A stretch of 64,000 nt of DNA from an uncultured Verrucomicrobiae bacterium (GTDB lineage Bacteria > Verrucomicrobiota > Verrucomicrobiia > Limisphaerales > BOG-1460): positions 110,935 through 174,934 of the forward strand of contig CAVXEG010000015.1 in the NCBI GenBank assembly GCA_963760675.1, read 5' to 3'. Position 1 is the stretch's first letter. Each line of letters starts with the position of its first letter. This document shows, piece by piece, positions 33,029 to 43,632 of this stretch. The position numbers and the translations under genes are program-made. Below the pieces are notes generated by a model. That model searched no databases and was not told the origin of the DNA. It saw nothing but the letters and a program-made list of their open reading frames with translations.

Positions 33029-34435
33029 CTAAACCTCTTGGTGGTGGTGCGGCAAGCTTTGGAAGAAATTGGGGAACGTCTTCTTCACGCACGCGGGGTT
33101 CTTGATTTTGATGCCCGGAACTTTCAATCCAAGAATTGAAAAACACATCGCCATGCGATGGTCGTTGTAGGTTTCGATCTCCGCACCGTGGAGTTTCCGT
33201 TGATACACCGTAAGCGAGTCTCCCTTTTCTACAACGTAGGAACCGCACTTGGTCAATTCTGTCCGTAGAGCGGCAACTCGCTCTGATTCCTGTATCCGCA
33301 AGCGGCAAAGGTCGGTGAAGTGAATGCCCTTGTCCCGTCGCTCAAAACCCAAACCGCCCCACAGATCTGCCGCCATCACCATAGCCGTCATAATGCTGTC
33401 GCCAAGCTGCCCCTCACGCGAAATTTTCTCCGGCAATGGAATAAAGGAAGCAAAATCAGCGTCCACCTGCCATCCCGAAGTCGGCCAATTACGGATGATA
33501 ATCGCCAATAGGTCGCCTTCAGAAGGGCCTGACGCTCCCAACGCTTGAGACTTGCGAATCCAATCCCAAAGTCTGTAGAATTGATCGGTGATCGTCGAAT
33601 AGGGAGTATGATCTAAGAAATCTTTCATCCATAAACCTACCGAGACCAACCAGTTTGCGGCTTTGAAATAGCTTGCACTCGACGCATCCGGCTCAATCTG
33701 AAATTTACCGCCGCGATGCGGAAATGCTTCGATCAATTTCGAAGTCATCGCCACATACGGCGATTCCTCCGCGTTCTCGCCAACGACTTTGATTTGCCAT
33801 CCGCCCGCTTCCGCGCACAGCAACAACGCCGAGGCGAACTGTGAGCTTTCGGCGATGTCCACGGTGCAGGACTTGGTGGGGACGCCGCGCTGCGGCGTCC
33901 GGTCGGCGCAGCGCGCCGAATCTACCTCGCCACCCCACATCCTGACGGGCAACCTTTCATTCCCCTTCTCCGATTCCACGCGATAGCCCAGCTCGCGCAA
34001 TGCCTGAAACAATGCTGCCTTCGGCCGCTCGTTCATTCGCGGCACACCATGCAGGCGATAAACACCTTTCCCAAGACAAACAAACGCCGCGAGAAATCGC
34101 GCCGCCGTTCCGGCGTTGCCAACGAACAATTCCAGCGGTTGCTCCTCCGTCCCACCGGGCGGAACCGTGCCGCCTTTGCCATAAACCGTGATCGTGCGAT
34201 TGCAGAATTCGTCCGGGTCCGGCGCCACGTTGATCATAAAGCCGAGTTCCTGGAGGCACTCGACCATGATTTGCGTGTCCTCGCTCCACAAAGCGCCTTC
34301 CAACGTCACCTCGCCGGTCGCAAGCGCCGCTAGAATCAGCGCGCGGTTCGTGATGCTCTTCGAGCCGGGCACGGTTATTTCCGCGCGCACCGGTTTGTCG
34401 AGCGGCACGATTTCGATTAAGTCAGGCAACGGCAT
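33029..34435 (-). CDS. aroA: 3-phosphoshikimate 1-carboxyvinyltransferase (EPSP synthase)
   Basis: VPGSKSITNRALILAALA, LFVGNAGTAARFL, NDHRMAMCFSILGL. One extra A in the AAA run at ~33066 would replace the tail SLPHHHQEV with KLAAPPPRGLGATILDGRTGRKLSQEELFAE, ending at 32964, so the 3' end is uncertain. Confidence 0.85.
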   Translation of the reverse strand: MPLPDLIEIVPLDKPVRAEITVPGSKSITNRALILAALATGEVTLEGALWSEDTQIMVECLQELGFMINVAPDPDEFCNRTITVYGKGGTVPPGGTEEQPLELFVGNAGTAARFLAAFVCLGKGVYRLHGVPRMNERPKAALFQALRELGYRVESEKGNERLPVRMWGGEVDSARCADRTPQRGVPTKSCTVDIAESSQFASALLLCAEAGGWQIKVVGENAEESPYVAMTSKLIEAFPHRGGKFQIEPDASSASYFKAANWLVSVGLWMKDFLDHTPYSTITDQFYRLWDWIRKSQALGASGPSEGDLLAIIIRNWPTSGWQVDADFASFIPLPEKISREGQLGDSIMTAMVMAADLWGGLGFERRDKGIHFTDLCRLRIQESERVAALRTELTKCGSYVVEKGDSLTVYQRKLHGAEIETYNDHRMAMCFSILGLKVPGIKIKNPACVKKTFPNFFQSLPHHHQEV

Positions 34436-34519
34436 TCTAAATTATCGCGCGAAGCTCGCGAAGTTTTTTAAGGAATGATCCTTCGCGTCCTTCGCGTTTT
34501 TCGCGCGACGGAACCTGTT

Positions 34520-35404
34520 CTATTCTGGCGATGGCGACGCCGAGCACGCGCACCAGTTATCGCGGCGCTTCTTCGCCGCTTCGAAAAACTCTGTTACCGC
34601 CTTTTCATCTGCAGCCTTCAAACCGCGTTCGAATTTCTTCAACTCAGCGATCAACGCTTCCAGAGCGCGCGCAATGTTCTTTCGATTGCTTAAGACAATG
34701 TCGCGCCACATTTCCGGTGAACCGGACGCAATGCGAGTTGTGTCCCGAAAGCCGTTGGCGCACAGCGCCGCTTGCTCCCTGGGATGCGACGGCTTCAAAA
34801 CGAAATTCGCGAGCGTGGCCGCAACGACGTGCGGCACATGGCTGGTCCGGCTGACGAATACGTCGTGCTGTTGCGGCGGCAATTTCACAACGTGCGACCC
34901 GAGCGATTTCCAAAATCGCTCCACCTTGCGGACAGCGATACCATTGGAATTTCTTGTCGGCGTCAGAACGCACACGGCGCTTTCAAACAAATCTGCGTGC
35001 GCAGCAGCCACGCCGGTTTTTTCGCTACCTGCCATTGGATGGCTGCCGACAAAATGGGCGCCCGCTCTCCGAATCAGACCGCAAACATCCCGCACAACGC
35101 TCGCCTTTGCGCTGCCGACGTCCGTGACAATAGCGCCGCGCTTCAGCGCCGGGAGCATCTGTTGCACGAGCCCCCGCATTTCGGATAGCGGCGTGCAAAG
35201 AACCACCAATTCGGCATCGCGAACCGCTTCGCTCAAATGCCGGGTTGCGAAATCAACCGCGCCGGCTTCTTCGCATTCCGCGATGCTTGAATGCCTTCGG
35301 ACATGGCCTGCCACTTCGCGGGCGAGCCGGCGTTTCTTCGCGGCAAGTCCGATGGACCCGCCCAGCAAGCCGACGCCGATGATTGCGATTTTCCGGAACT
35401 GCAC
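34520..35404 (-). CDS. tyrA: prephenate dehydrogenase
   Basis: KIAIIGVGLLGGSIG Rossmann motif, DVGSAK, GSHPMAGSE. GTG start at 35404 chosen, because the upstream extension is not protein-like. Confidence 0.8.
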   Translation of the reverse strand: MQFRKIAIIGVGLLGGSIGLAAKKRRLAREVAGHVRRHSSIAECEEAGAVDFATRHLSEAVRDAELVVLCTPLSEMRGLVQQMLPALKRGAIVTDVGSAKASVVRDVCGLIRRAGAHFVGSHPMAGSEKTGVAAAHADLFESAVCVLTPTRNSNGIAVRKVERFWKSLGSHVVKLPPQQHDVFVSRTSHVPHVVAATLANFVLKPSHPREQAALCANGFRDTTRIASGSPEMWRDIVLSNRKNIARALEALIAELKKFERGLKAADEKAVTEFFEAAKKRRDNWCACSASPSPE

Positions 35405-35463
35405 GGACCGAAGATAGAGGATAGCGGACAGTGGATGAAAGATGAAATCCGCCCTGCGACACT

Positions 35464-36531
35464 TCACGAGAGCGCGATTGAGCGGCTCTGGTCTCTTGCG
35501 GATTTCAGGCAAGCATCCATCACCTGCTGTGTTTTCAGCGCGATTTGCGGCCAGTCATCATTCAATTTGCCTGATTGAACCTGATTCACGAAGTTGCGAA
35601 TCATATTCGCTTCCTGGCTTGCATAGCGAACGCCGGTTGACGTGCCGGTGCTGGCGCATTTCACGGTAATGTTTCCGGCATTCACCTGAAAGAAAGGCTC
35701 CTCCTGACTCAAGGGATGAACGAAGTCCGGAATGTGGAGATAGCCTTTTGTCCCGGCAACGTTGAACCATTGCTGATACTCTGTCTGGAAGGAACTGAAG
35801 AACCCGACCGATGTTTCAGCGTCAAAAACCATTTCGCCCGAGAAATCAATTGGCACTGGAGAATGACTTCTGGTCGAGCCGCCCGACGAAAGAACGCGTC
35901 CTGACACTTCGCGGGGCAGTCGCCAGTGCATTGCCCAAAGTGCGAAGCGAATGCAGTACCAGCCGAGATCACCAAGCGAACCGGCGGGTTCAAGCTGGCT
36001 ATGCACGCGCACATTTGAGTCGAACACGTCCTCGCCCATACGGAAACAAAAGATGGACATCATGCGCCTGATCTGGCCAACGCTCGTGCCGTCTTCGAGA
36101 ATTTCGCGGACGCGGTCCAGACGAGGGTTGTGCATGAACATCACGCCATCCATGAATTGCACGCGATGTTTGTGGCACGCGTCAGCCATTTCGCGGACGT
36201 CATCCTCGTTGATGCCACAAGGCTTCTCGCACAACACATGTTTGCCCGCGGCAGCAGCACGAAGCACCCATTCCTTCCGCAAGCCCGTCGGGAGGGGAAC
36301 GTAAACGGCATCCACATCCTTCGACGCAATGAGTTCCTCATAACTGCCCAACGCGACGGGCGCGGTGCCGAAAGCCCCTTCGCGCTGGCATTCGGAAATG
36401 AATTGCCGGCTGCGCTCAACGTCACGGCTGGCGACCGCAGCTACAACGGAATTGCCGCTGTGAAGAATGGCGCTCCAGTTCTTCCGCGCAATGTTCGCGG
36501 TACTCAAAATTCCCCAACGCAGTTTTTTCAT
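35464..36531 (-). CDS. Gfo/Idh/MocA-family NAD(P)-dependent oxidoreductase
   Basis: MKKLRWGILSTANIARKN N-terminal Rossmann motif and HVLCEKP motif. Confidence 0.8.
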   Translation of the reverse strand: MKKLRWGILSTANIARKNWSAILHSGNSVVAAVASRDVERSRQFISECQREGAFGTAPVALGSYEELIASKDVDAVYVPLPTGLRKEWVLRAAAAGKHVLCEKPCGINEDDVREMADACHKHRVQFMDGVMFMHNPRLDRVREILEDGTSVGQIRRMMSIFCFRMGEDVFDSNVRVHSQLEPAGSLGDLGWYCIRFALWAMHWRLPREVSGRVLSSGGSTRSHSPVPIDFSGEMVFDAETSVGFFSSFQTEYQQWFNVAGTKGYLHIPDFVHPLSQEEPFFQVNAGNITVKCASTGTSTGVRYASQEANMIRNFVNQVQSGKLNDDWPQIALKTQQVMDACLKSARDQSRSIALS

Positions 36532-36582
36532 AAATGTTTTATTATCCTCGTTCGTCCGCCGCCTCGATTTCATTTTCGATTA

Positions 36583-37410
36583 TCAGGATGAGGACGAGGA
36601 TTGCCGTGCCGCTTCGCGCACGCGCTCGAAAATGACCTCAGCAATTTCCGGCGCAGTGCCGACCGCCGAGGCGAACCAGACCAGCTTCCCATTTCTCTCG
36701 GTTGGATTGCGCCACGTCGGCTGCCCGGCGGCCAGACGTTGTTCCACGATTTGCTTCGGTTCACCGAGCAGAACCGGAATATCTTCCTGCGTGTGCATCC
36801 CGTCGCTGACGAAAAATGGAACCACAACGATGTTCCGAGTTCGCGCGAGGGCATAGCATTGTCCGATGCGCGGGTTCTCTTCCATAAAAATCGCCTGCAC
36901 GTCGGAGTATTCCTTCTTCGCCCGAATCAATTCCACCTGTTGCTCGATTGCCCGGCGCGAGTTTGCATCTTGTTCTGTCCCATGACCGGCAATGAACAGC
37001 GTCGTCTCAACGGGCTTTGGCGCGCGTGGAAACGGATATTTCACAACCACCTCGTGAGCGCGTGCCAGCAACACATTTGTGATGCCGGGATGTGTGCCGA
37101 CCGGTTTGCAGTAGAACAGATTCGAGTTTTCGGGAATGCCCAACTCGCCCGGAATAACGTTCGCGCTGAAGTAACCCTCGCTGATAAATAACGGCACGAC
37201 GAAAACACGCTGCGCTGAAACGCGCGCCAATACCCGCTTGACCAGCGGCTCCTGTTTCCAAAACGCCTCCTGAACATCAGCGAAAATTCTCCGGCGCCGC
37301 AGTTCAGCCGCATGCTGAAAAACCGGCGCAGACGATTCACTGTTCCGCGTCGAACCGTGTCCAAGCACGATGAGTGCGGCGTCTGAAAAGCTCTCGTGAG
37401 GCACGGCCAA
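36583..37410 (-). CDS. CbiX/SirB-type sirohydrochlorin chelatase (two-domain)
   Basis: ALIVLGHGSTRNSESS and LFIAGHGTEQDANS repeat the CbiX GHGS/T motif in two halves. Confidence 0.7.
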   Translation of the reverse strand: MAVPHESFSDAALIVLGHGSTRNSESSAPVFQHAAELRRRRIFADVQEAFWKQEPLVKRVLARVSAQRVFVVPLFISEGYFSANVIPGELGIPENSNLFYCKPVGTHPGITNVLLARAHEVVVKYPFPRAPKPVETTLFIAGHGTEQDANSRRAIEQQVELIRAKKEYSDVQAIFMEENPRIGQCYALARTRNIVVVPFFVSDGMHTQEDIPVLLGEPKQIVEQRLAAGQPTWRNPTERNGKLVWFASAVGTAPEIAEVIFERVREAARQSSSSS

Positions 37411-37619
37411 TGGTTAGCTCACGAATTTTCAATTCGCAAGCATTGGAAGATTGGACACTCGAAATCTCCGCACACTCTTGGCGGGACCTCCGTGAATTCC
37501 TCACCGCTTTGAAGCTAAACCAAATCCAATGGTTCGTATTTGCGACCGATCCGCCAAAGGACACAATTGCCAGGCTAATCTCAAATACATTGTCGGATTT
37601 CTCCGTCCGCGGTTATTAA

Positions 37620-39617
37620 ATGGGTGAGATGCAGCCGAAATCGGATGCTCAACTGCTCCGCGAATATGCCGAAACCGGCGCGGAACCGGCGTTCACTGAA
37701 ATCGTCAACCGGCACACGAACCTCGTGTATTCTGCGGCGCTGCGACAAGTGGAGTCGCCAGGAGTTGCCGCCGAGATCGCTCAGAAGGTCTTTATCGGTC
37801 TGGCGCGGGGAGCGCGGGAATTGTGCCCGAGGCTGGCGGCGGAGGCATCGCTCGCAGGATGGCTTTGCCGCAGCGCCCGCAATCTCTCGCTGAACTTCCG
37901 GCGTGACGAGTTCCGCCGTCAATCCCGAGAAAGACAGGCTATGGAACAACTTTCTTCAATTCCCGATGCCGCTCTGGATTGGGAGCGGTTGCGCGTCGTG
38001 CTGGATGATGCCATGTCCGAACTGAGCGAGCGGGACCATGACGCGCTCGTGTTGCGTTTCTTTCAGAAACAGGATTTCCGCTCGGTGGGATTGGCTCTCG
38101 GCATGAGTGATGACGGAGCGCAGAAATGCGTTTCGCGCGCATTGGAAAAACTGCGCGAACACTTCTCGCGCCGAAACATCAACACCACGGCCGCCGCGCT
38201 TTCCATCGCCATTTCGGCGAACGCCGTCCAGGCCGCGCCGGCCGGCCTCGCTCTGAGTATCGCCAATACGGCTGCGGCAACCGCGAGTATGGCTGGAGCA
38301 GCAACGACCTCGGCATTCTTGAAGAGTCTTTTTGCGAGCAAAGCCGCCGCAGTAGTAGCCGGAGTCGTGACGATCGGCGCAGCGGTGCCATTCATTGCTT
38401 GGCACCACACGCAGGTCCGCCTGCGAACTGAAAATCACCGTCTCCACGATGAAGTTGATCGGCTCACGGCAGAGCAACAACGACTCAACGACCTTACCGC
38501 ATCCGCGAGCGTGCTGCCTCCGTTGACAGACGCTGAATCAAACGAGTTGCAGAGACTTCGGGCCGAAACTGCGCGCTTGCGCGCCGACTCACAACAACTG
38601 GCGCAATTGAAAGCGGCGACGCAAATGCAGGACCCGGATTTTCGCACGATGCTGATCAAACAGCGCCTCGACGCCGCGCCAGAATGGAAGATTCCTGAAC
38701 TGCAATTGCTCCATGACGAGGACTGGCTGTCTGTCGCAAAAATGCCGAACAAGCTCGAAACGGAAGACGATTTCCGTCGAGCATTTTCACGTTTGCGCCA
38801 ATTCGCAAAGCAAGAATTCGGCACTGAAATCGTCAAGGTTTTGCACAGGTATGTGCGAACGAATTACGGCCAATTGCCTTCCGATCTTTCCCAACTCATG
38901 CCTTATGTTCCAGCAGCCGTTACGGCTGAAATGCTCGATCGATACGAACTGAAACAAACCGGCCTGCTCAAGGAGGTGCAACCTCTCGGTCAATACGGAT
39001 CGCCCGGACATGAAAGTCCGGACACGGTACGCACCGCGCCAATAATCGTCGAGCGCGCGCCCGTGGACGATCAGTTCGACACCATGCTGTCCATTGAGGC
39101 GTACGGCCTTTCGACCCGGGAAGTGAATGGAGGCGGGACGGGCTCGGTTTCCTGGAAAGTCAGGCGAGACACCGATGGCATGCTCGAACTGGTAATCCCT
39201 CCGCCAATAAACGGCAGCAACGAAATGGTCTCGGAACCTGAATCAGGAACGGCTCAAGAAAATATCAATCCAACGGGCATCTGGACGTGGTACCAGTACC
39301 GCGGCGGCGGCGGTTCGTCGGGCCCAGGTGGGGGTTCCGGCAGCTCAGGTACCCGAGTGAAAGTGCTCTTAAAGCTGCAAGACGACGAAGGCAAATTGAC
39401 TGGCACGCTCACCGAATCAAGCGCCGGTAATCCCGGCACGAACGAGATTGCGATTTCGAGCGCCGAGATCGTCGGAAATCGAATCGCGTTCAGCGTGGTT
39501 CGAGGTGGACGTTTCGGCAGTCCGTCCATTATCCGGTACACTGGGACTTTCACCACCAATACTATCGTCGGCGCCGAAGGCGATTATCTGAAATGGAATG
39601 CAGAACGCGTCAGATGA
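37620..39617 (+). CDS. ECF sigma-70 factor fused to a TM helix, coiled coil and extracytoplasmic domains
   Basis: Region 2 (FTEIVNRHTNLVYSAALRQV) and region 4 (LSERDHDALVLRFFQKQDFRSVGLALGMSDDGAQKCVSRALEKLR). Then a TM helix AAAVVAGVVTIGAAVPFIAW, a coiled coil, and a ~400-aa C-terminal extension with a Gly/Ser linker. Confidence 0.8.
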   Translation: MGEMQPKSDAQLLREYAETGAEPAFTEIVNRHTNLVYSAALRQVESPGVAAEIAQKVFIGLARGARELCPRLAAEASLAGWLCRSARNLSLNFRRDEFRRQSRERQAMEQLSSIPDAALDWERLRVVLDDAMSELSERDHDALVLRFFQKQDFRSVGLALGMSDDGAQKCVSRALEKLREHFSRRNINTTAAALSIAISANAVQAAPAGLALSIANTAAATASMAGAATTSAFLKSLFASKAAAVVAGVVTIGAAVPFIAWHHTQVRLRTENHRLHDEVDRLTAEQQRLNDLTASASVLPPLTDAESNELQRLRAETARLRADSQQLAQLKAATQMQDPDFRTMLIKQRLDAAPEWKIPELQLLHDEDWLSVAKMPNKLETEDDFRRAFSRLRQFAKQEFGTEIVKVLHRYVRTNYGQLPSDLSQLMPYVPAAVTAEMLDRYELKQTGLLKEVQPLGQYGSPGHESPDTVRTAPIIVERAPVDDQFDTMLSIEAYGLSTREVNGGGTGSVSWKVRRDTDGMLELVIPPPINGSNEMVSEPESGTAQENINPTGIWTWYQYRGGGGSSGPGGGSGSSGTRVKVLLKLQDDEGKLTGTLTESSAGNPGTNEIAISSAEIVGNRIAFSVVRGGRFGSPSIIRYTGTFTTNTIVGAEGDYLKWNAERVR

Positions 39618-39642
39618 ATGCTGCGCTCGAACCAATGCGAAC

Positions 39643-40554
39643 ATGACGAAACTGAAGACCTTCAGTTTGGTTTTTCTGGCAGCGGCGGCTGCCGCGGCCG
39701 GCTTCGCTATTGAACGGAATATCCGCTTGAGATTGCGTGATGAGAATCGTTCGTTACTTGAGCAACTCGGCACCCTCACGACGACGAACGAGTTCTTGTC
39801 GAATTCCGCCGATCGATTCATCAGCGCCCAATCCACATTGAGCAACCAAATTCAAGAACTGCTGAGTCTTCGCGCTGATCTGGCGCGGCTTCAGAATGAT
39901 TCCTCGGAACTTGCACAGTCAAATGCGGTGGCGCAAAAGAACGATCCGACGTACCGCATTGCGGTATTGAAGCAACGTCTGGACGAGACGCCGGATGAAA
40001 AGATCCCTGAACTCGGACTGCTTTCGGAACGAGACTGGCGTTGGGCGGCCAGTTTTCTGCAGGAATCGGATGCGGCCGCATTTGCACGAGCCCGGGAACG
40101 GGCCAAAGAGAATTTTGTCCGCCGGCTCGGACCAGCCTTGCACCTGTATGCGCAGGCGCACGACGGGCGTTTGCCGTCTGCACTATCAGAATTGAAGTCC
40201 TATTTTCCGGAGTTGCCGGACGAATCTGTTTTCCAACGATACGAACTCAGGCAGACCGGGAAGCTGGTCGACGTGCCGCAAATTGATACGTATCCGCCAA
40301 CGCAGAACACGGGAGACGCCGAACACGACGCCTTGGCAAATGCCGTGAGATTGAAGACCAAATCCTCACTACCTTGGACACAGCCCGTTGTCGTTGAGAA
40401 AGCGCCGGTGAACAATGAATCTGACTCGCTCTTCACGGTGACAGTTTGGGGCTATGCTTATCAGAGTTTTGGTTACGGGACCGGCAGCGGTTCCGGGACA
40501 TGGGCGAAAGTAGGAACAAACGGATTGCCCGAACTTATCCTCCCGCGCCGGTGA
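39643..40554 (+). CDS. membrane-anchored coiled-coil protein, paralog of the C-terminal extension of the preceding ECF sigma
   Basis: TM helix FSLVFLAAAAAAAGFAI. Collinear similarity with 37620..39617, for example LKQRLDETPDEKIPELGLL versus IKQRLDAAPEWKIPELQLL, and FQRYELRQTGKL versus LDRYELKQTGLL. Confidence 0.65.
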   Translation: MTKLKTFSLVFLAAAAAAAGFAIERNIRLRLRDENRSLLEQLGTLTTTNEFLSNSADRFISAQSTLSNQIQELLSLRADLARLQNDSSELAQSNAVAQKNDPTYRIAVLKQRLDETPDEKIPELGLLSERDWRWAASFLQESDAAAFARARERAKENFVRRLGPALHLYAQAHDGRLPSALSELKSYFPELPDESVFQRYELRQTGKLVDVPQIDTYPPTQNTGDAEHDALANAVRLKTKSSLPWTQPVVVEKAPVNNESDSLFTVTVWGYAYQSFGYGTGSGSGTWAKVGTNGLPELILPRR

Positions 40555-40693
40555 TTTGTTCTTCAGCGGACTTCTCGCTCTCCTGCGCATTGGGGATCAT
40601 TGGGGCAGTCCATTCAATGAGCGGGAGCTGATCCTGGCGACATAGGACGGCACCGCCTCCCGTTCACGAAGGACAAACCGGTCTACTTGTTGC

Positions 40694-42019
40694 TCAGACG
40701 ATCTGGAGCGGCTCGAATTTACGACCGAGAATCGGTTCGCTCCGCGTCTTGAGCCATTTCTCCAGCACAGCGGCATAGACTGAACGGAAGTCCACGCTGT
40801 ACTTCAAGTCGCCCTGGAACAAATCCGCAGGTGCGAGGCTTGGATAGAGCCCCAGCAGCCCGGCTTTAACTTTTTCGCCAATGACGAACATCGGCGCCGC
40901 CGCTCCGTGGTCCGTCCCGCCGTTTGCGTTTTCGGAAACGCGCCGGCCGAATTCGCTGAAGGTCATCACGAGCACGCGCTGCATGTTCCCCTGCGCTTTC
41001 ATGTCCTCGCAGAAGGATTTCACCGAGTCGCCAAGGTCTTTGAGCAAGCGCTCTTGAGCGCCGACCTGGTTCGTGTGCGTGTCGTAGCCACCCTGCGAAA
41101 CATAAAAGATGCGCGTCGGCAGTCCGCCGCCGATGAGCTTCGCAACCAGCTTGAGGGAATTGCCTAATTGGGATGGCGGATACGTGGCCTTGTTTTCCGT
41201 GCGACTGCTGATGGCGCGAATTTCGTCTGAACTCACTTGCGCGTCGAGCGCAGTACGCTCAAGGAAATCGAGCACCGAACCGCTCGATCGGACGGTCGGG
41301 CCACTGAGCGCGCCAATAGTGCCGCCGGAATTCTCTGCATTGGATTGCTCATTCAACTCGCGGAAGGATTGCTCCATGCCTCCTTCACCCGCTCCTGTCC
41401 CGTCGGAACTGATGAATCGATAATTCTGAGGGTTCTCGACGCTAACTCCTTTCGGATGTTTCGCCGAAAACGCCTGCGGCATCTGACGTCCAATGTTGAC
41501 GCCGACGGTCGGATCGCAGCCGGAACAGGTGTTGTCGAAATAACGTCCGAGCCAGCCGTATTTTTCGATGCGATTCGAATCGCTCGCGGTTTGCCAGATT
41601 TCCGTGGACCGAAAATGCGACCGGTTCGGGTTCGGGTAGCCAACGCCCTGCACGATTGCGACGTGGCCTCCGTCATACAGTTCCTTCAGCCCCGTCAAGC
41701 CGGGGTGCAATCCAAGCTGGTCGTTGAGCTTCAACACCTGATTTGCCGCGATGCCAATGCGTGGCCGTGCTTTGTAATAAAAATCGTTGCCGTGGGGGAT
41801 GACGGTATTAAGCCCATCATTGCCACCAGCCATTTGAAGAATAATCAAAATGGAAGAATCGCGGCCGGTCGCCACTTGAGTTGCTTTATCCGCGGCCTCC
41901 GCCTGCAACGCGGAAAACGTGTTCGCGAGAAAAGTCGGCACTGTCCACGACAGTGCGCTGGTGAGAACGGTCGAACGCAGGAACTCGCGCCGGGTTTGGA
42001 GGGTAATCTCTCTTTTCAT
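40694..42019 (-). CDS. DUF1501 (sulfatase-fold) protein with Tat signal
   Basis: TRREFLRSTVLTSALSWTVPTFLA. GGYDTHTNQ and TFSEFGRRVSENANGGTDHG are DUF1501 hallmarks. ATGA overlap with DUF1800. Confidence 0.85.
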   Translation of the reverse strand: MKREITLQTRREFLRSTVLTSALSWTVPTFLANTFSALQAEAADKATQVATGRDSSILIILQMAGGNDGLNTVIPHGNDFYYKARPRIGIAANQVLKLNDQLGLHPGLTGLKELYDGGHVAIVQGVGYPNPNRSHFRSTEIWQTASDSNRIEKYGWLGRYFDNTCSGCDPTVGVNIGRQMPQAFSAKHPKGVSVENPQNYRFISSDGTGAGEGGMEQSFRELNEQSNAENSGGTIGALSGPTVRSSGSVLDFLERTALDAQVSSDEIRAISSRTENKATYPPSQLGNSLKLVAKLIGGGLPTRIFYVSQGGYDTHTNQVGAQERLLKDLGDSVKSFCEDMKAQGNMQRVLVMTFSEFGRRVSENANGGTDHGAAAPMFVIGEKVKAGLLGLYPSLAPADLFQGDLKYSVDFRSVYAAVLEKWLKTRSEPILGRKFEPLQIV

Positions 42020-43492
42020 GTCAGTTGGTATTCGGGCGTGCACATGATCAATCGGATGGCGCCGCGAATATCGGACTCGTCGAGGTTCCCTTTCGAGTCC
42101 AGAAACTCGCGGAGTGCATCTTCCTGTTTGTCTTTGAGCTTCGCCTGCAGCATGCGTTTCTCGAGAGCGGTAATGAGCAATTCTTTGTCCGCGCGTTCCT
42201 GCTCTGTCAGGATTCTGTTCACGTCCACGCCACCGACGCGGAAATTTCGCAAGCGATTCTGAATTCGCATTCCCTGATTTGGACGCCGGACGTCACCCAA
42301 ACCGGCAAGCGCGGACAAATCCCCCTGCACCAGCGTCGCGGATTCATTATAGCGAGCGAGCAGCGTGTTCGTCGTAATCCACGCTAGACCGCCATCCCAG
42401 CCTTTGACATTCGGTGGCGCAAACAAGTCCTGGCCCAGACTGCGCACGAGCGCAGCGGAAGCAACTGGAGGAGGCAATTCGCATTCGAGCATCCGCGTAG
42501 TGCCCACGAGCCATTGGACCGGGCTCTTGATCTGCTGGCGAACGATGGAAGGCGCGTAGAATTCCTCGCTCAGAAACATTTTCCGCAGGAGCGGCTTGAA
42601 ATTGTTTCCGTCGGCCCGGAATTCACTCGCAAGCGCGGCGTTCAATTGCGCCGACGGTATTTCGCCGACGAAAAAGTTCCATAACCTGGCCGTGATGAAG
42701 ACGGCGGCCTGCGGTTGAGCGACGATGTGCTCGAGCACATCTTCGCCCGCCAGATCTGCCCGTGCGGCCGAGAAACACCTTGATTCCGTTATCGTGCCAC
42801 ATCGGGCGCGCGATGAATTTCTGTTCCTCGCGATTGAGCGACCAGCCTGTGAGCGCACGTGCCGCTTCGGTGACGTCCTTTTCGGTGTAATGCCCTTCGC
42901 CGAGCGCGAACAACTCCATCACTTCCCGCGCGAAATTCTCGTTGGGATGCTCCTTCCGGCTTTGGGCCTGGTCGAGCCAGATCAACATAGCCGGATCCTG
43001 GGCAACCTCGACGAGCATCTGGAGCCAGTTGCCCGTGGCAAGCCGTCGCAAGAGTTCATTCTGGCGCCACATGTAGTAAGCGTCCCGAACCTTCTCCGCG
43101 CTCGTGGCAAAATGCCCGTGCCAGAAGAGAGTCATTTTTTCCTGCAACGGACGCGTGCCTTTGACCATCCGCTGAAGCCACCAGCCGCGCAGCTCCATGA
43201 ATCGATCGCGCTGCAATTGCTGCTCGTCCTTCTGCATTTGCCGGCGCTGCTCTTCCGGAGCGGCGCGCATTGCCTCGATACGCTTCATCCTCTCCGGATC
43301 TGGCTTTGCCCAATCGGGATCGGCTGTGGGATCGGAAATCTTCTCGTAATCTACCAGCCAGGAAACTGCTTTCTCATGGCCGAGTGATAAAAGCTTTTCT
43401 ATTTCAGACGGCGGGCCGCCGAAACCCGCCCGGTTCAGGAGATGCGCCGCGTTCGCGAAAGTCCATCCGGCGGCGTTCAACGGCTTCAACAT
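42016..43492 (-). pseudogene. DUF1800 family protein, frameshift near 42762
   Basis: AAHLLNRAGFGGPPSEIE, LFWHGHFATS and TPEYQLT are DUF1800-like. ORFs 42623..43492 and 42016..42858 join as ...KVFLGRTG/DLAGEDVLEHIV. Confidence 0.75.
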
Positions 43493-43632
43493 ATATTCAA
43501 AGACGATGAGCTTTGATAAAAGGTTTCATTAACCATCAACATCCTCTCGGCATGCCGAACAGAGCCGCGTTTTTACTGAAAACCCCAGCACTTGCCCGAT
43601 GAAGCGCGAAGTTCGAATCGCTTCGCAGAACG

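Noticed and set aside
43597-43625. tRNA-like T-loop string GTTCGAATC inside a hairpin GAAGCG-N12-CGCTTC just after the topB stop.
   Set aside because: The flanks cannot be folded into a cloverleaf: there is no acceptor or anticodon arm, and the stem is offset by 2 nt. It could be a weak terminator hairpin, but no U-run follows on the coding strand.
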